A stretch of 63,962 bases of DNA, filler included, from Folioceros fuciformis (GCA_049999805.1; 36 parts of 36 records of this genome joined end to end with filler, not necessarily neighbours in it); one strand, 5' to 3'; counted from the first letter of the whole stretch, positions 48,931 through 62,460 are shown. Numbers and translations: made by a program. The notes: generated by a model not told the origin, from the letters alone.

Positions 48931-49383
48931 ATGTCCTCCCACACCAGCCTGTCCAAAGAAGACAAGTTCGATGGTCAGTAGCAAAACTTTCCAACATGGA
49001 AATTTAGGATAAAAATATCCTAAAGGAGAGAAAATTATGGGGCTACGTAGAAGGCATAGGCAACTTCTCGTTCCCATAGCCTACCCAACCAACGGAACAG
49101 CAAAAGAAAAGGAGGACTGGGAAGACGCCAATCAACAAGCACACAACGTGATCATCCAGGCTATGCGTCATGGGAATGTCCAACAGATCAAAAACACAGA
49201 CACTGCAGCAGCTGCCTGGCAGCAATTGCATGATATAATATTATGCACACCGTACACACTTCTTCGGCCTGTGCACGCAAGAGGGAGATCTCGTCGACCA
49301 ACATACTATGCACTTCCGTAGCTGGTCAACAAAATTCAAGGCCACTGGATTCGCCCTTACCAAAGATCTTTCTGCAGCCCTAC
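48931..49383 (+). mobile_element. Degenerate Ty1/copia gag
   Basis: MSSHTSLSKEDKFDG...FPTWKFRIK...LWGYVEG...TAAAAWQQLHD with frameshifts; similar to the gag at 16613. Confidence 0.8.
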
Positions 49384-50146
49384 NNNNNNNNNNNNNNNNN
49401 NNNNNNNNNNNNNNNNNNNNNNNNNNNTTAATTAATTAANNNNNNNNNNNNNNNNNNNNNNNNNNNNNNNNNNNNNNNNNNNNAATTCAAAGTCTTAATG
49501 TTGCACACCCGATGTCTATTGCACATGTCTCCACCTCCACCATATAATGCATAGTTCTTGTGAGCAAATGTCTTCCAAGCAAAAGAAAAGAAAATGAGCC
49601 GTATGTGTGTTGTGGTAAGAAAAACTATACTTGTGGAACTACTATAATCTTAAAAGAATTATTTTTGCTTTTTTATCAACACATTATTAGTTTAGGCCAA
49701 TTTCTAAAGTCTAATTTGAGTTTATGTGCTAATGTACAATTGCAAGAAGCAAGGTAAACATAAAGCCAACCTATATTATATAGATGGCCAAATATAAAAA
49801 ACATTATTTATAAATAGAATCCATATACTTTAATAAAATATTGTTTAAACTTAAAACATTACCAACAAGAAAAATCAAATATTTTTAGGGATCAACCCTA
49901 ATGACCATATATATAGGGGGACGTCTAGACGATTCATTTCAAAGATGCATCAAATGTATTTGTATTGAGAGAAGAACCTAGATTTCTACCACTTTCTCAA
50001 ACTGTCTTACTATTCTTAAGTCTACATTTGCAAGCTTGAGTAACCTAAAAGAAGAGTTTCCATGTGTATGCGATAAGAAGAGTTGCTTTTGCTTTTGGAT
50101 GCTATCTGGGAGTAGAGGTTCTACGTGTATGATACAGGATAATAGG

Positions 50147-50927
50147 ATGGACACAACAAACAGGCAACATGAAGATGGTCCCTCATCTACAAGGAATGCA
50201 TATACCAATAACAGAACACATTGGCTTGTAGAATTGGTGATGAATAGAAATGCATATTTTCCAAGCAAACGAAAGTCCCACGGAAGTGAAGAAAGGCGGG
50301 AACAAAGGCCTTGCAAATATCATGGTGCAGATGGAGCCAAACATGATGAGAGAGACTTATTTTTACAAAAATATTGTATCACTTGTCAAGAAGGACCGCT
50401 TTGTAGGATAGGAATGCAACAAAATCATGCATGTCACGAGATTCTTAAACTCCGCAGATGTTCCTACATGGCCTCCTTGAACTTCAAGGAGAATGCGCAC
50501 ATCCTCGGTGCGCATAATATTGATTTTTCACAAATTTGTACATACAAAACTAATAATTATGAGGTATACTTATTGGGAACGGACAAACAAGATAGAAAGC
50601 CTAAAAGCCAAAAAAAAAGTGCAAAACGTGTGACAAAACATTGGCGAAGCAATACAACGATAATCTAAGAGATTGGTTTTGTAGCATCAATTGCAAGATC
50701 ATAGCCATCAACAGTCGTCTATACCAAGGATTGTCCCTTCTAAAAAATATGAACAACTTTGATGGGGGATTAGTGACAGTTGAATTTTTGTCATCGAAAC
50801 AAGGATCATCTCATAATTCGCTCAAGCGAGCAAGAGTGCCAACTCCTAACAACACATGTTTGAAAAGGCGAAAACGACAAAGTATATCTACACCTTCAAA
50901 TACAATGGCAACAACCTTATTTGCAAC
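50147..50927 (+). CDS. Intronless PLATZ zinc-binding transcription-factor-like gene with a frameshift in an A-run (~50610-50619)
   Basis: HWL...YF..CKYH...YCITC..GPLC....H.CHEILKLRRCSY...IDFSQICTYKTNNYEVYLL; the next frame continues CKTCDKTL...WFCSINCKI, then KRRKR. Confidence 0.8.
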
Positions 50928-51699
50928 NNNNNNNNNNNNNNNNNNNNNNNNNNNNNNNNNNNNNNNNNNNNTTAATTAATTAANNNNNNNNNNNNNNNNN
51001 NNNNNNNNNNNNNNNNNNNNNNNNNNNGGGGCTGCAAGGCCCCCATGGCTCACAGGCACCTGGCCGCAATCTATAAGGCCGAGCTCCTTGTGGGGCTGGT
51101 CCGGTCTTGGCAACGGGGCAAGGTTTGGCAGACCTTGGGGGTTTGTTGCACTCCAATTTGCGGCCCTCCGGTCCGGGGGAGTTGGGTTTGAAGGATTTTT
51201 CGTCTCTTTGTTATTTTCTTTATGTTATGATTTCTTCTAGGATTCATAAATTCTGATAGGCTTGGAGATTTTCGGAGAGCTTAGTTCCACAATATTTCTG
51301 TCTTTCGGTATTCGGGACTGGAAGCTAAATTTATGCCGGCATGTTGGAGATGGCATGGTGTTTATTGCTGGTCTCTCTACGACATTCTATTTTGTTCACT
51401 TATGGCACCTTATTCTTCCACACCAGCGAAGGATATCCCGTGTCCTATATGCAATAGTTTGTTCAAAGGGGTGATGGGGATCAAGTGTTCACTTGGTTAA
51501 AGCACACAAGGACTTTGATCGGACTCTTTGGGAGCTATAGGTCAGGTGTGCTTCTTCCATTGTTGCTACCCCTTCAACTTCTCCTCTGGGTGGACCCCTT
51601 GCTCCCTCGTAGGAATCTTGGTTGTGGTTGGAGGCGTAGGCTTCCCATCTTCTGGCCCTTTATGAGACCCGTCTTTCGAGGCCATATCTGTTTCGACGT

Positions 51700-52257
51700 C
51701 TCCCTAAGTGTTTGCATGACGATGTTTGTCTCGCATACAAGCTGCCATTGGAGCGCCTTGCTTCGAACCCCCATTACAAGTCAGCATGGACATTGTTCCT
51801 CTTTCTTCCCAGGTGGTGCCTTCGTCATTCCAGGAGCAACCTTTCGGGTCACAGGGAAGTGGACTCCCGCCTTCATTGGTTCCGGGCGGGGGATTGGGAG
51901 GCTTTACAAGTGGAGGCCGGCTGCACTGCAAAATCAAGGTTGGAGTCCGCCAAGTTGGACCAAGTCCATTAGGATCCCGCAAAGGCGCATTTCATGAGGT
52001 GTCTCTTACTTTGTCGCGTGGGGGAGTTTGCTAGAGTCGTCAGGGCCCTTCGGTCGGAGCTGGTGGCGTCGCCCTCGGAGGAGACCATCGCCACCCTCTG
52101 TGCTTTGCATCCAAGCCCAGGTGATCCCGTTCCTCAAGAGGTTTTGCAGTTTGTGCCCGAGGGGTCGTTTTGCCTTGATCGGCTTGTATTCGGTCGAGCT
52201 CTCATCACCGCAACAAGACTTTCTTCCAGTCGGGACGATCTATGATCACCTCTGGGA
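51700..52257 (+). mobile_element. Degenerate non-LTR retrotransposon ORF, region upstream of RT
   Basis: AWTLFLFLPRWCL...RLHWFRAGDWEAL...GEFARVVRAL...PSEETIATLCALHP is the typical pre-RT segment of CRE-like elements; contains a stop. Confidence 0.65.
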
Positions 52258-55200
52258 NNNNNNNNNNNNNNNNNNNNNNNNNNNNNNNNNNNNNNNNNNN
52301 NTTAATTAATTAANNNNNNNNNNNNNNNNNNNNNNNNNNNNNNNNNNNNNNNNNNNNGTCGACCGCTCAAGGGTCCCACTCTCTCTCTCCCTCAGTTCCC
52401 TCTCTTTAGGATTTTCTCTCCCACCGGGCCGTTCCTACCCGACTGATTACCTCTTGCCCGCGCATCCCCTTTAGCTCTTCCCTTCCTTGGTTCACCACAA
52501 AACCGCCTCACTCACCTTAGAAACAAGCGCACGCACACATGAACAGCAGCAATCTGTTAGACGCCTTCTACCCGCGTGGTCTCACACCTTAGATACACCC
52601 CCTGCGGTCTCCATTCCGCTTCTTCACAGCATCTCCAGTCTCTTCGCGACCAGTCACTCGTACACACCACGTCTCATTGCACTCCACACACATTACCCAC
52701 CTCGCCTCCGGGGTCTCCCCGGCTTTGTTCTCTCTTACCCCACTCACCAGTTCTCTGTATACATTCCGCCCATCTCCACAGTCGTCGAATCACTTCCACT
52801 CTGCTTCACTCCTTGCTCCACTCCTTCTTACTCCCTTTTCGCATTCGCCCTTATCCACTACTCGGCCACTCGCTCCTCCTCCTTCTCACACACGCGCACT
52901 CCCGCGCTCTCCTTTCTCCTAGTTCTTCAGTCTTCTTTCTCAGCGATGCCCCTCCTGGGCTCCTATTAACGTTGAGGAATGGTGAGGTATCGGAGCTAAG
53001 GGAAGAGGAGTCCCTTCCACTCCGCACTCACGGATTCGGCTCCGACACCCGCACCACCCCACGTGACCACCTCGAGGATAGCTGGGGAGCTTCTCTCCCG
53101 CTCGACGAGGCTCTTCCTCCCGATTCGTCCCCAGACCTGATCACGGAGTGCCCACCACCTACACCCGCACCCAAGGTTGCTACGTGCGCTCGCTTGCCTG
53201 GACCTCCTGTCCAACAACGGCCATCGCTAGGTCCCTGCAAGGTCGACTGCTCGGCTGGTGCTTGCTGACTTCTTAGGCCTTCAAACCGACCTCTTGTACA
53301 CGGTGATGGTGATTTTTCCGCCATAAAGTTTGTCAGGCAGGGAGCTGCTCTCTTAAATTCTGAGCGACTTAGGTCCAAATAAAGCACGCTAAAAAAAAAC
53401 CTATTCTAGCCTGCATTTACTATCGCCGTTTCCCACGCCGCTGGCGGCTTCCTCTTGGCCTTCGCGTGTCACCCCTTGCTGTCCCTCCTCTCGCTCTTCT
53501 GCCCCTCCGTTGGTCCGGCAGATCCTCCCAGAGGATCTCCACATCATTGTTGCTGCTGCTAGACCTAGCTGGCAGCGCAGGTGGGTCCCACCGCTGTGGT
53601 CCACTACCCCTCCTCCTTCTCTAGTTGCTGAGGACAACCACAGGCCCCCGTTCTACCCAGCGCTGGGCCTCCTCTTCCGTCAGTTCCTCCAAAACTGCCT
53701 CCGCATAGCAGTGGGGCAGTCTTGTCACCCACCATCTGTAGTGGTAGAGTCCCAGGCGCATCCTCAACTGTAGGACGTAGCCCCGCGTCCTTCCTGTGCC
53801 CATACGTACATACAGAAACAACTTCAGAATTCTGGCCCCTTCTACATACAGGCCTGGCACATAGGAGGCCTCCTCCTCATACTGCAGCACAATCCGACCT
53901 TCTCTCATAATAGAGGTGCTTACCCCGTCCTCCCTTGGGCTACCTCAGGTTACTTGCTCCCCCTCCTGCTGGGGTACCTGAAGGTTCTCTGCCTGCCCAG
54001 CTGTTGCCTCCTCTGGCCCTATCCTCCTGATACGGGTCACCCTCCTGGAGCGCCTAGGGGCAGGTGCCCCTACTGCTTCCTCCTTCGTCTCCAGGGTTGG
54101 TTCTTCAGCTATCCTGGGCCTTGCTGGGCCACCGGTAGCACCGTCGGCTACCCGACTACTGGTAGTCCCGTGGATTACCGGACTACCGGTAGTCCCCTCG
54201 ACTACCGNNNNNNNNNNNNNNNNNNNNNNNNNNNNNNNNNNNNNNNNNNNNTTAATTAATTAANNNNNNNNNNNNNNNNNNNNNNNNNNNNNNNNNNNNN
54301 NNNNNNNCAGATGGGAGCAGCAACAGCAGCAGCAGCAGCGATGTTTATGTGATAGAGAGAGATGGAATGTCCCGTCTACGTGCGAGCGTGCCGGGGGCTG
54401 CGGCGATCCAGCTAGCACCCGTCGGGAGGTGGGGGGCAAGGTAGGCGAAGGGAGGAGCACGGATCCGATGAAGAAGAAGGAGAAGGAGAGCACGGCAAGG
54501 CGAAGGGGCAACGGGGGGCGACGGCGAGCTGGCGAAGGCAAGCAAGCGAAGGCCTTGCGACTTGAGACGGGAAGTTGAAGGGAGGGGAAGGGAAGGGAAG
54601 GCTAGGCCAGGTCCAGGTCCAAGTGCAGGTCCAAGTGCAGGTCCAAGTCCAGGCCAGGCCAGGCGAGCAAGGAGGCCGCAACTCCCAGCAAGCAGCCTCG
54701 ACTCGGACTCGGACTCAGACTGAGCAAGCTACTATCGCTGTTGCTGTGGCTGTTGCTGTTGATGCTACAGAGGCAGCTGTAGCACACACACAGACACGCA
54801 GGCTCGCAGGCACACAGACTCACACGCTCACACGCTCACACACACAAGAGGAGGAGGCAGGGGCGAGGAAGCAGGGAGGTCCAGATAAGATTTCCACCGG
54901 AGCACAGCACAGCGCATTAGAGAGATGGGCACATACAGCTACAATCACGTACCAGCTGCAGTGGCGGCCACCTCGCCAGATTGACGGGCCCGAATTGGCA
55001 AATGTCCCCTGCTCGCACTCGGCCTTCTCTCTACCCGACCACATCCATGTGTGCACGCCCCGATGATTCTGAAGCGGCCCCGAGCGAGGGCGGGCTGGTT
55101 GGCTTATTCGCGGGTGCAGCAGGGCCAGGGCCAGGGCTAGGACCGCGCTTGCTGCTGGCGCTGGTGCTGCTGGTGCTGGTGCTGATTCTCCTCCTCCTCC

Positions 55201-55559
55201 TCCTCCTCCTCCTCCTCCTTCTCGTTCTCCTGCTGCTGCTCCTTCTCCTGCTCCCACTCCGTCTCCCTCTCCGTGCCCGTCCCCGTCTCCTTCTCCCTCT
55301 CCCTCGCCGTTCGAGCTCGGTTGTGCGCCCGCACTCGCACCCGCTGCCAGCAGGCCTGCTGGCGTTCCCCGTCGCCGNNNNNNNNNNNNNNNNNNNNNNN
55401 NNNNNNNNNNNNNNNNNNNNNTTAATTAATTAANNNNNNNNNNNNNNNNNNNNNNNNNNNNNNNNNNNNNNNNNNNNGCAATCGCGGGTTGATCATCATC
55501 CTGCGTGCAAATATCATCATCCCCCTACTCGCCTAGTCCAAGCGCCTCTGCCTCGCTGG

Positions 55560-56530
55560 GAATGATACCAGCTTTCTCACGGTACGCACGCACCATGTGT
55601 TGTGTCATTTGTGTGAGGGGATTCCAATGTACAATAGCCGAGCCTGCAACTGGTTTGCACTTTGAGATGCGGTGCTGCCTGTGGGAACGATGAGTGGCTC
55701 ATCCAATAGCATTGCAGTTGGGGACGACCGTGCAGCTTGCCTTTGGTGGCGATCGATGAAGCATCCAACCTGCAGATTGCTCCCTTGGAGCCTGAACAGA
55801 CGAGCCACTGCACTGACTATCTCAGCAGCTACTGTGCCACCCTCAAACGGAGACCCGTCGTACTTGGCACCAACAGGCATTGAGGAAGACACGTGTACCT
55901 CGACCAAAGTGCAGTCTATGGAAGTTATGTGCCTGCCAAGTCTGCGAACCCCTCCAGCACCGGAGTCCGACGGAATTGCTGCATACAACCTATTGATCAG
56001 CACAGTGATCTTGAGCTTCTTCACGTGCACACGACCAGACGTCACATTGTCTCCAGCGGCCCTTTACCTTCGAAATGGCCCTTGTGCCCCCACAGCGTGA
56101 TTGCGGCGGAGCTTTATGGGAACGTTCCCGATTGCAGCCCTCAAGGTGTCGTCAGGCGGTGGCCGCGGTTGCACTTGAGGAGGTGGTGTGCAAAGCCATT
56201 GCTGGATGCGGTCGTCCACTACAGCAGGCAAATGTGTGCTACTATCACGTGCGCGGTACAGTGGCCAAACCCGGTTTACTGTGCTTACTGCCGGCACGTG
56301 GACCATGGTCGCCCCGTCCGCCGTGCTTCACACCATGCTGGGCACAGACGCAGTCGGCATTACCGGGGCATCGGGATGGGGAAGCAATGGCCGCGGTGGC
56401 GGTGGGGGCGTCTAGAAGGCATTTCGGTCTACATCCTCCTCAGATCTCCAGTCTCCGAGGATGGCATCTCGTGTGTCATGGACCACATTGAGTCGTCTGC
56501 GACGGTCGGGCATGTCTTCTTCGACCATGC
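55560..56530 (-). pseudogene. Decayed ORF of unknown (probably TE) origin
   Basis: Track ORFs 56412-56660, 56064-56306 and 55605-56045 share one frame, interrupted only by single TAG/TGA/TAA stops. Confidence 0.4.
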
Positions 56531-56569
56531 TGCTTGGCCTCAAAGGGCCTGCATCTGATGCTCTTCTCG

Positions 56570-56800
56570 TACAATCGCTGAATGCGATCATTGCAATTGC
56601 CGAATGTAATCGCTGAATCGCTGAAATCATTGAATCGCTGCAATCGTTGAATCGCTGCAAACGCTGAATAGCTGCAATTGGTGAATTGCTGCAATCACTG
56701 AATGGCTGCGATCGCTGAATGCAATCGCTGCAATCGTTGAAGCGCTGAATGCAATCGCTGCAATCGTTGAAGCGCTGAATGCAATGGCATGCAATTGCTG
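56570..56800 (+). repeat. Degenerate GCAATCGCTGAAT short-unit tandem repeat
   Basis: Seen directly. Confidence 0.85.
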
Positions 56801-56909
56801 ATTCGGGACNNNNNNNNNNNNNNNNNNNNNNNNNNNNNNNNNNNNNNNNNNNNTTAATTAATTAANNNNNNNNNNNNNNNNNNNNNNNNNNNNNNNNNNN
56901 NNNNNNNNN

Positions 56910-58110
56910 GGGGTGACAGGAATCATGCGCCATTCAAGTGCGCTCAGCACGAGGAGCTCCATGCGCTGAATGCTACGTGCTTCAAAGAGGAGTTCCGCGT
57001 CCTCGACCTGGAGAGGTAGACCGACCATATGAGGACAAAGAGAGAGGGAAACGGTGACCGGGCAGGCGCGACTACGGGCAGATCACATAACTTGAACGTA
57101 AGAACTACCTGCAAGTCGAGAAGGATTGGCACTTCAGATTCTTCGACTTTGGCTGCTAGGGAGATGCATGCCACCGAGAGGAGCTGAAGCATCCAGTCTT
57201 TGCCGACCTGTGGAGATGATGAGAAACAGGAATATGAGAAACGCATTGCACGAACGCACACGACAACAGTGTCATACAGTAGCGGGATGGTAGCAGTCGC
57301 TTACCGGCAGGGCGTTTCGAGACAGAAAACGATCGAGATAATTGACAGCAAAGAAGACCGTGAGTGGGCCGAAGCTGTAGTAGGCTTGCACCTGCGCGCA
57401 AAGTCCGAGAATGAGCACCCGAGGGCATCTTGCAGAAACTCAAGACGCGGCGACGCCTCACGACAGAGATACCACCCCACAGACCCAGACCAGCTCACCA
57501 ACTGGCCGTACGTTCACTCTCACAGGTGAAGGGGAAACAAACAGCCTCCAAGTAGGTGCTCTCACAGGTGCATCATCCAAGCATCCAGATCTGACTGAAG
57601 GACTCGCTTCAATTCTTGAAGCGGCCGAAGTTCACTCCTTTTATCCACACAAGAAAGAGAGCAAAGAAGAGAGCGCAGTGAATTGCAGAATTGCATCGGA
57701 GGCAATCTTGCGCAAAGAAGCAAGCGCACAAGGCAAGGAGGAAGCACAAGGGAGGGGAGAGGGGGGAAGCGAGGACAGCAAACCGGAGCACTGGTGTGAC
57801 AATTGGTGAGACAAGGTGGCAGAGAAAGCAAGTGAGGCAGGCGGCATTGCAGAGAAAATCCCATAATCACGCTGCGCAAGCGAGGCGACGGTAGAGGTTA
57901 AAGGAGGTGGAAACCACCTTGAGCATCCAGCAGACGGCGCTCTCACGAGCTGCGGCATTGATGCCTTTGCAGTGAGATCTGTCGAGGTAATAGGCGTCGG
58001 GCAAGAGCCGGGCTTCCTTGTCCACAAGCACGGCAATTGCCTCCTCGTCGTCCACGGGGAAATCAAGCAAGGCGGTGTGCACCTCCCCGTGGCTCACCTC
58101 CTCATCCCCG
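56910..58110 (-). CDS. CYCD: D-type cyclin, partial; exons >58110-57918, 57391-57305, 57207-57109, 57007->56910
   Basis: DDEEAIAVLVDKE...ARESAVCWMLK|VQAYYSFGPLTVFFAVNYLDRFLS|..WMLQLLSVACISLAAKVEE..VPILLDLQ|..FEARSIQRMELLVLSALEWRM; 87- and 99-nt internal exons as usual for CYCD. Confidence 0.95.
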
Positions 58111-58291
58111 NNNNNNNNNNNNNNNNNNNNNNNNNNNNNNNNNNNNNNNNNNNNTTAATTAATTAANNNNNNNNNNNNNNNNNNNNNNNNNNNNNNNNNN
58201 NNNNNNNNNNGATGGTGGTGCCCAGGGTATAGCTACATCTCGATGGTACAAGTTGAAGCTCATAAGCATCCACACCTTTAGAGGGCGTCGA

Positions 58292-59005
58292 CTAGACTAG
58301 AGGGAAGGAGGAAGAGGTTGGCATGCATAACCCTACCTTTCTCTTATGCCTAGCAGAAGTTTCCTCCTCCAGACTATCCGCATCGCCTGCCTCCAAGCTG
58401 GTGGAGTCGGCTCCTGTCGACCTGACGGGCTTCCACTTCACATCTCTTATTGGTCTCCACATGTGTAGTGAGGCGAGGACTTCCAGCTCAGACACGAGAT
58501 TAGCATAGCAGTAGATATGAATTAGAAAGGGAGAAATCATTGAAGGTCAGGGAGAGGACAGGGTTAGATTCTGCCTTTCTTCATCCATCCTGGCGTACAA
58601 GATTTTCCCCCAGTCCACCTTGCTCCCTTTTACCACCTCATGCACAAACAGGAGCATCTGGTCGGACAGATAATCTTGCTTGCAGACTTGCAGAAAACAT
58701 AGGAACCATCAGGCCAGACCCATCAACTGCGGGTTGGCTATGTCGCGGACTCGCCACCCGTTGGCTTCCTTCTTGGTGCCTGGTTTGAGTAGCCCTTCGG
58801 CCTCCGCCGTGCCACCTCGTTTCTTCAGAGACTTCGGCACTAGTCCTCCCTCCTCCTGCTGGTTACGGCCATACACTCGCCTTACCAGCTCCAAGTTCCA
58901 CGGCTGAGGTCTACCGCGTATCCCCTCTTCCCGAACGGGCTCTCTCATTTTCAGGGCGCACTCCCTCACCAGCTGTGGCGCCGCATGATTCCACCTCTGG
59001 GTCAT
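58292..59005 (-). mobile_element. TE accessory ORF family B, copy 3 (stops/frameshift)
   Basis: MTQRWNHAAPQLVREC...RRVYGRNQQEEGG...KEANGW...ISPFLIHIYCYAN. Confidence 0.72.
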
Positions 59006-59553
59006 GAACCTGGGGCCTAGTTCTCCGACCAGTCCTCTTGCTCTAACCCTCTAGTGCTCCATGTTGGGCCACAGGAGCACATCAATCCTCAGTACTGAGG
59101 GGTCTCCCTCTTCCTGCTCATGTACTGTTACTCCTGGTAGCAACTCTGGCCGCGACCTCATCCTCCCCTATAATCCGAACCCTGCTACCCTCTTGCGCCT
59201 ATGGTTGCCAGCGCTCTGCACCTGCTTTGTTGTACCGCCTAAGCTTCCACTTCCCTCCGGCCGTCGTTGCGCTTCACGGCAACTCTCGCTCCTGCTCCAA
59301 CTCGCGAAAGTTTCTGCCTCGATTACTGCCCAGGCCCTCCTCTACTTCACCCTAACGTTTCGTGCTGCCGTTCCCGTTCCACTACTGCTGGTTGGGCTAC
59401 TGCCGGTTTCCCCTTCCCCGACGGTCACCCCACCGACTACCGTCCCCCAGTCANNNNNNNNNNNNNNNNNNNNNNNNNNNNNNNNNNNNNNNNNNNNTTA
59501 ATTAATTAANNNNNNNNNNNNNNNNNNNNNNNNNNNNNNNNNNNNNNNNNNNN

Positions 59554-60562
59554 TGGAGCATCTTTCCATGTTACTCCGCATAGGGAGTGGTTTAGCACTT
59601 ATGATGCTACTAGGAAAGGATGTGTTCGGCTTGGAAATAACTACGCGTGCGAGATTGCAGGCGTTGGTGATGTGCAGCTGAAGTTCCACAACGGATCTTC
59701 ATTCACATTGAAGGATGTTAGGCATGTTCCGAAGTTGACAAAAAGCATGATTAGCGCAGGGTAGTTGGATGACGCTGGCTACCACTGTTGGTTTGGAGAT
59801 AATTCTTGGAAGGTCTTCAAAGGTTCTCTTGTGTTAGCTCGTGGAACGAAGTGTGGCACTTTGTACTCACTTCAGGTAACCACTGTTAAGGATCATGTGA
59901 TTTGTGTAACGGAGTAGCCAAGTGTTTCCATGTGGCATAGTCGGTTAGGACATATGTCTCAAAAAGGAATGAAGATCTTATCTCGTTTTGGTTACGTCCC
60001 TGCTTTTGACTTCTCCGATTTCTCCGTGTGTGAGCATTGTTTGTGTGGGAAACAGACGAAGTCACCACTTGGAGCAAGAGGTAAACACAAAAGTAAACCT
60101 CTTGAGTTGGTTCACAGTGACGTTTGTGGACCTATGCCCACTGTATCGTTAGGCGGTGCATCTTATTTTGTCACTTTCATTGATGACTTTTCACGCAAGG
60201 TGTGGGTTTATCCTTTGAGGAAAAAGGATGATGTTCTGACAATGTTTCAGAAATTTGTCACCCTTGTGGAGACTCAATCTGGCCTCCGATTGAAGTGTCT
60301 AAGGACAGACAATGGGGGAGAGTATGTCTCGAAGGCTTTCCAGTCATTCTGTGATTCTAAGGGAATCAAGAGAGAATTGACTGCGCCGTATACTCCTCCC
60401 CATAATGGTATGGCTGAACGGATGAACAGGACCATCCAGGAGCGGATGCGTAGTTTATTGTCAAACTCTGGATTGCCTAACGGATTTTGGGCCGAAGCAA
60501 TGGCTACTACGGTGTATCTTATTAACAGATCTCCTAATAGGGCTGTGGATGAGCAGGTGTGA
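59554..60562 (+). mobile_element. Ty1/copia pol fragment (protease end, GAG-pre-integrase, integrase core)
   Basis: GASFHVT..., WHSRLGHMS, CEHC..GKQ, LELVHSDVCGP, FIDDFSR, LRTDNGGEY, NGMAERMNRTI; in-frame TAGs upstream. Confidence 0.95.
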
Positions 60563-61494
60563 ACCTCCAAAGTTTGGGGTAGTAGTTTGTTTTGGTTGAA
60601 AAAGGGTTAATAGTGGTATGGTTTGGTTTNNNNNNNNNNNNNNNNNNNNNNNNNNNNNNNNNNNNNNNNNNNNTTAATTAATTAANNNNNNNNNNNNNNN
60701 NNNNNNNNNNNNNNNNNNNNNNNNNNNNNATACGTATTAATATGTATACCGTATATGTATTCCCATATTTCTTTCTTTTTATTTTCTTAATTTCCCCTTT
60801 TCTACTTTCACCCCTATTTTTCTGGATTTAATTCCAGAAATTCCAACTCAACTCTATTTCACCTGCTTTCTTTTCCTCCTAGTTTGGGGCCTATTCCAGC
60901 ACCCCGAAGTCAGTCTTCCATGGCCAAGGAACCACTTCGATTGGAAGCTGATTCTATTGAATAACCTGCAGTTTTCAGGCCAGGTTTTGGCTGCTTATCC
61001 TACTCCTTCCCACCCCTTCTCTATCTTTTCCATTGCTCATACTCCTCTGTTGGAAGCAAGCTCAGCCACCAAGGGGGAACAGTTGTAGAGGAAGGCTTAG
61101 TGGGCGACCATCCAGCAAGGAAGAGACGGCGTCTGCAGATCTTTGAAGATCAGGCATCCTCCGAAGTCTCAGGATAGTCTAAGAGGTGATAGATCCTTGT
61201 GGTGGTAGGGTCAGCAGGCTGTAGGGCCAGCTCATTGGCGGCATGATGTGCTAGAAGTCTAAATAAGTGGCTGGTGATAGCCGACTAGGCTAATGGTCCT
61301 ATTAAAATAATATTTGTCAAGCTAGAGAGAGATGAAGTCAGAGAGAGAGAGGCTCCCATAAGATCAGGTGAGCTTGTAGGAGGTAGGTTGTCAGTCACTT
61401 CACGAGCTCTTGTGGTCTATCCTTGCTTGGTCCAGGACCTGCAACGTGTTGCCGGCTGTGCAACGTCTGGTAGGATCGCAAGCAACGTGTTGCC

Positions 61495-61938
61495 GGTTGT
61501 ACAGTGTCTAGTAGGATCATGAGGTGTAATGACCAGGGTGAAGGGGCTCGCCCCTAGCTCTTGATTGTAAAGGATGTGTCTTTCTCTCGACCTATCCACT
61601 CTTGTTCCCTGATTGGACAAGTGCTGTAGGCCGGCCATGTTTCATGGCGTCTGGTAAGGTTGTGGGGAGGAGGTATCCGAGAGGGGAGAGTGTTTCCCTC
61701 TTTCTCTTCTTTGGGGTTAGGCTAGTAACTCTTGTCGGGTAGGGGGAGTCAGTAGGGATGTGTAGAAGGTAGTGGTGTCGTTGTTGGTTGCTGGTGTTCG
61801 TGCTGGAGCGAGAGAGTTAGTGAAGTGAGTGAGGGAGGTCACAGACCTGAGAAGTTAGGGTCTCAACGACAGTGGGATAAGTGTGGTCACTAAAGGTGGA
61901 ACCCATTGGCAATCGGTGCCCAGGGTTTTGCCACCACA
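61495..61938 (-). mobile_element. LTR-like repeat family A copy with an internal deletion
   Basis: Reverse match to 12270-12347 joined directly to 12538-12905. Confidence 0.85.
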
Positions 61939-62169
61939 TGTCCCAACGGCAAATGAATCACGAGTATGGTGAAGAATATGGGACAGAGGACAAGGACATG
62001 GAGGAAGAGCCAACTGAACAAGACTTCGACCCTAACTTCCTAGACAGAACAAATGAACCAGACAATAGCTCTGGTTCTGAGTCTGAGGCCTTCTAAGTGT
62101 AAAGTAGGGTAGCTTACTCCAAACACTGCACAATCAGGACATCTACCAAACATTGCTAAGCTGTCAGGT

Positions 62170-62460
62170 AAGAGGAGTCAAGGACTCCTAGTGACTCCTT
62201 GAACTACAAATGTTTTACCTTTGGTAGAGCTTTGGTCAAAAGATCAGTTGCATTCGAATCTGTAGGTATGCATACCAGGTGTATCTGACCTGTTGATACT
62301 GCATGTTGTATGAAGTGGTGGTGCACCTCTATGTGCTTGGTTCTTGCATGAAGAACCGGGTTCTGAGCAAGTGAAAGGGCAAACTGATTATCACAGTAGA
62401 TTATTGTTGGTTGTGTTTGCTCCTAGCCCAAATCCTTGAGAAGTCTTCTCAACCATATGC
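62170..62460 (-). mobile_element. Ty1/copia RNase H fragment
   Basis: IWLRRLLKDLG...IIYCDNQFALSLAQNPVLHARTKHIEVHHHFI...TDLLTKAL. Confidence 0.9.

Noticed and set aside
52358-54207. ORFs including 53621-53908 (-)
   Set aside because: Pyrimidine-rich TE-like sequence; no identifiable homology from the sequence alone.
54308-55377. ORFs with poly-E/G/L and QV runs
   Set aside because: Simple-repeat translations in what looks like a GC-rich promoter/5'UTR region.
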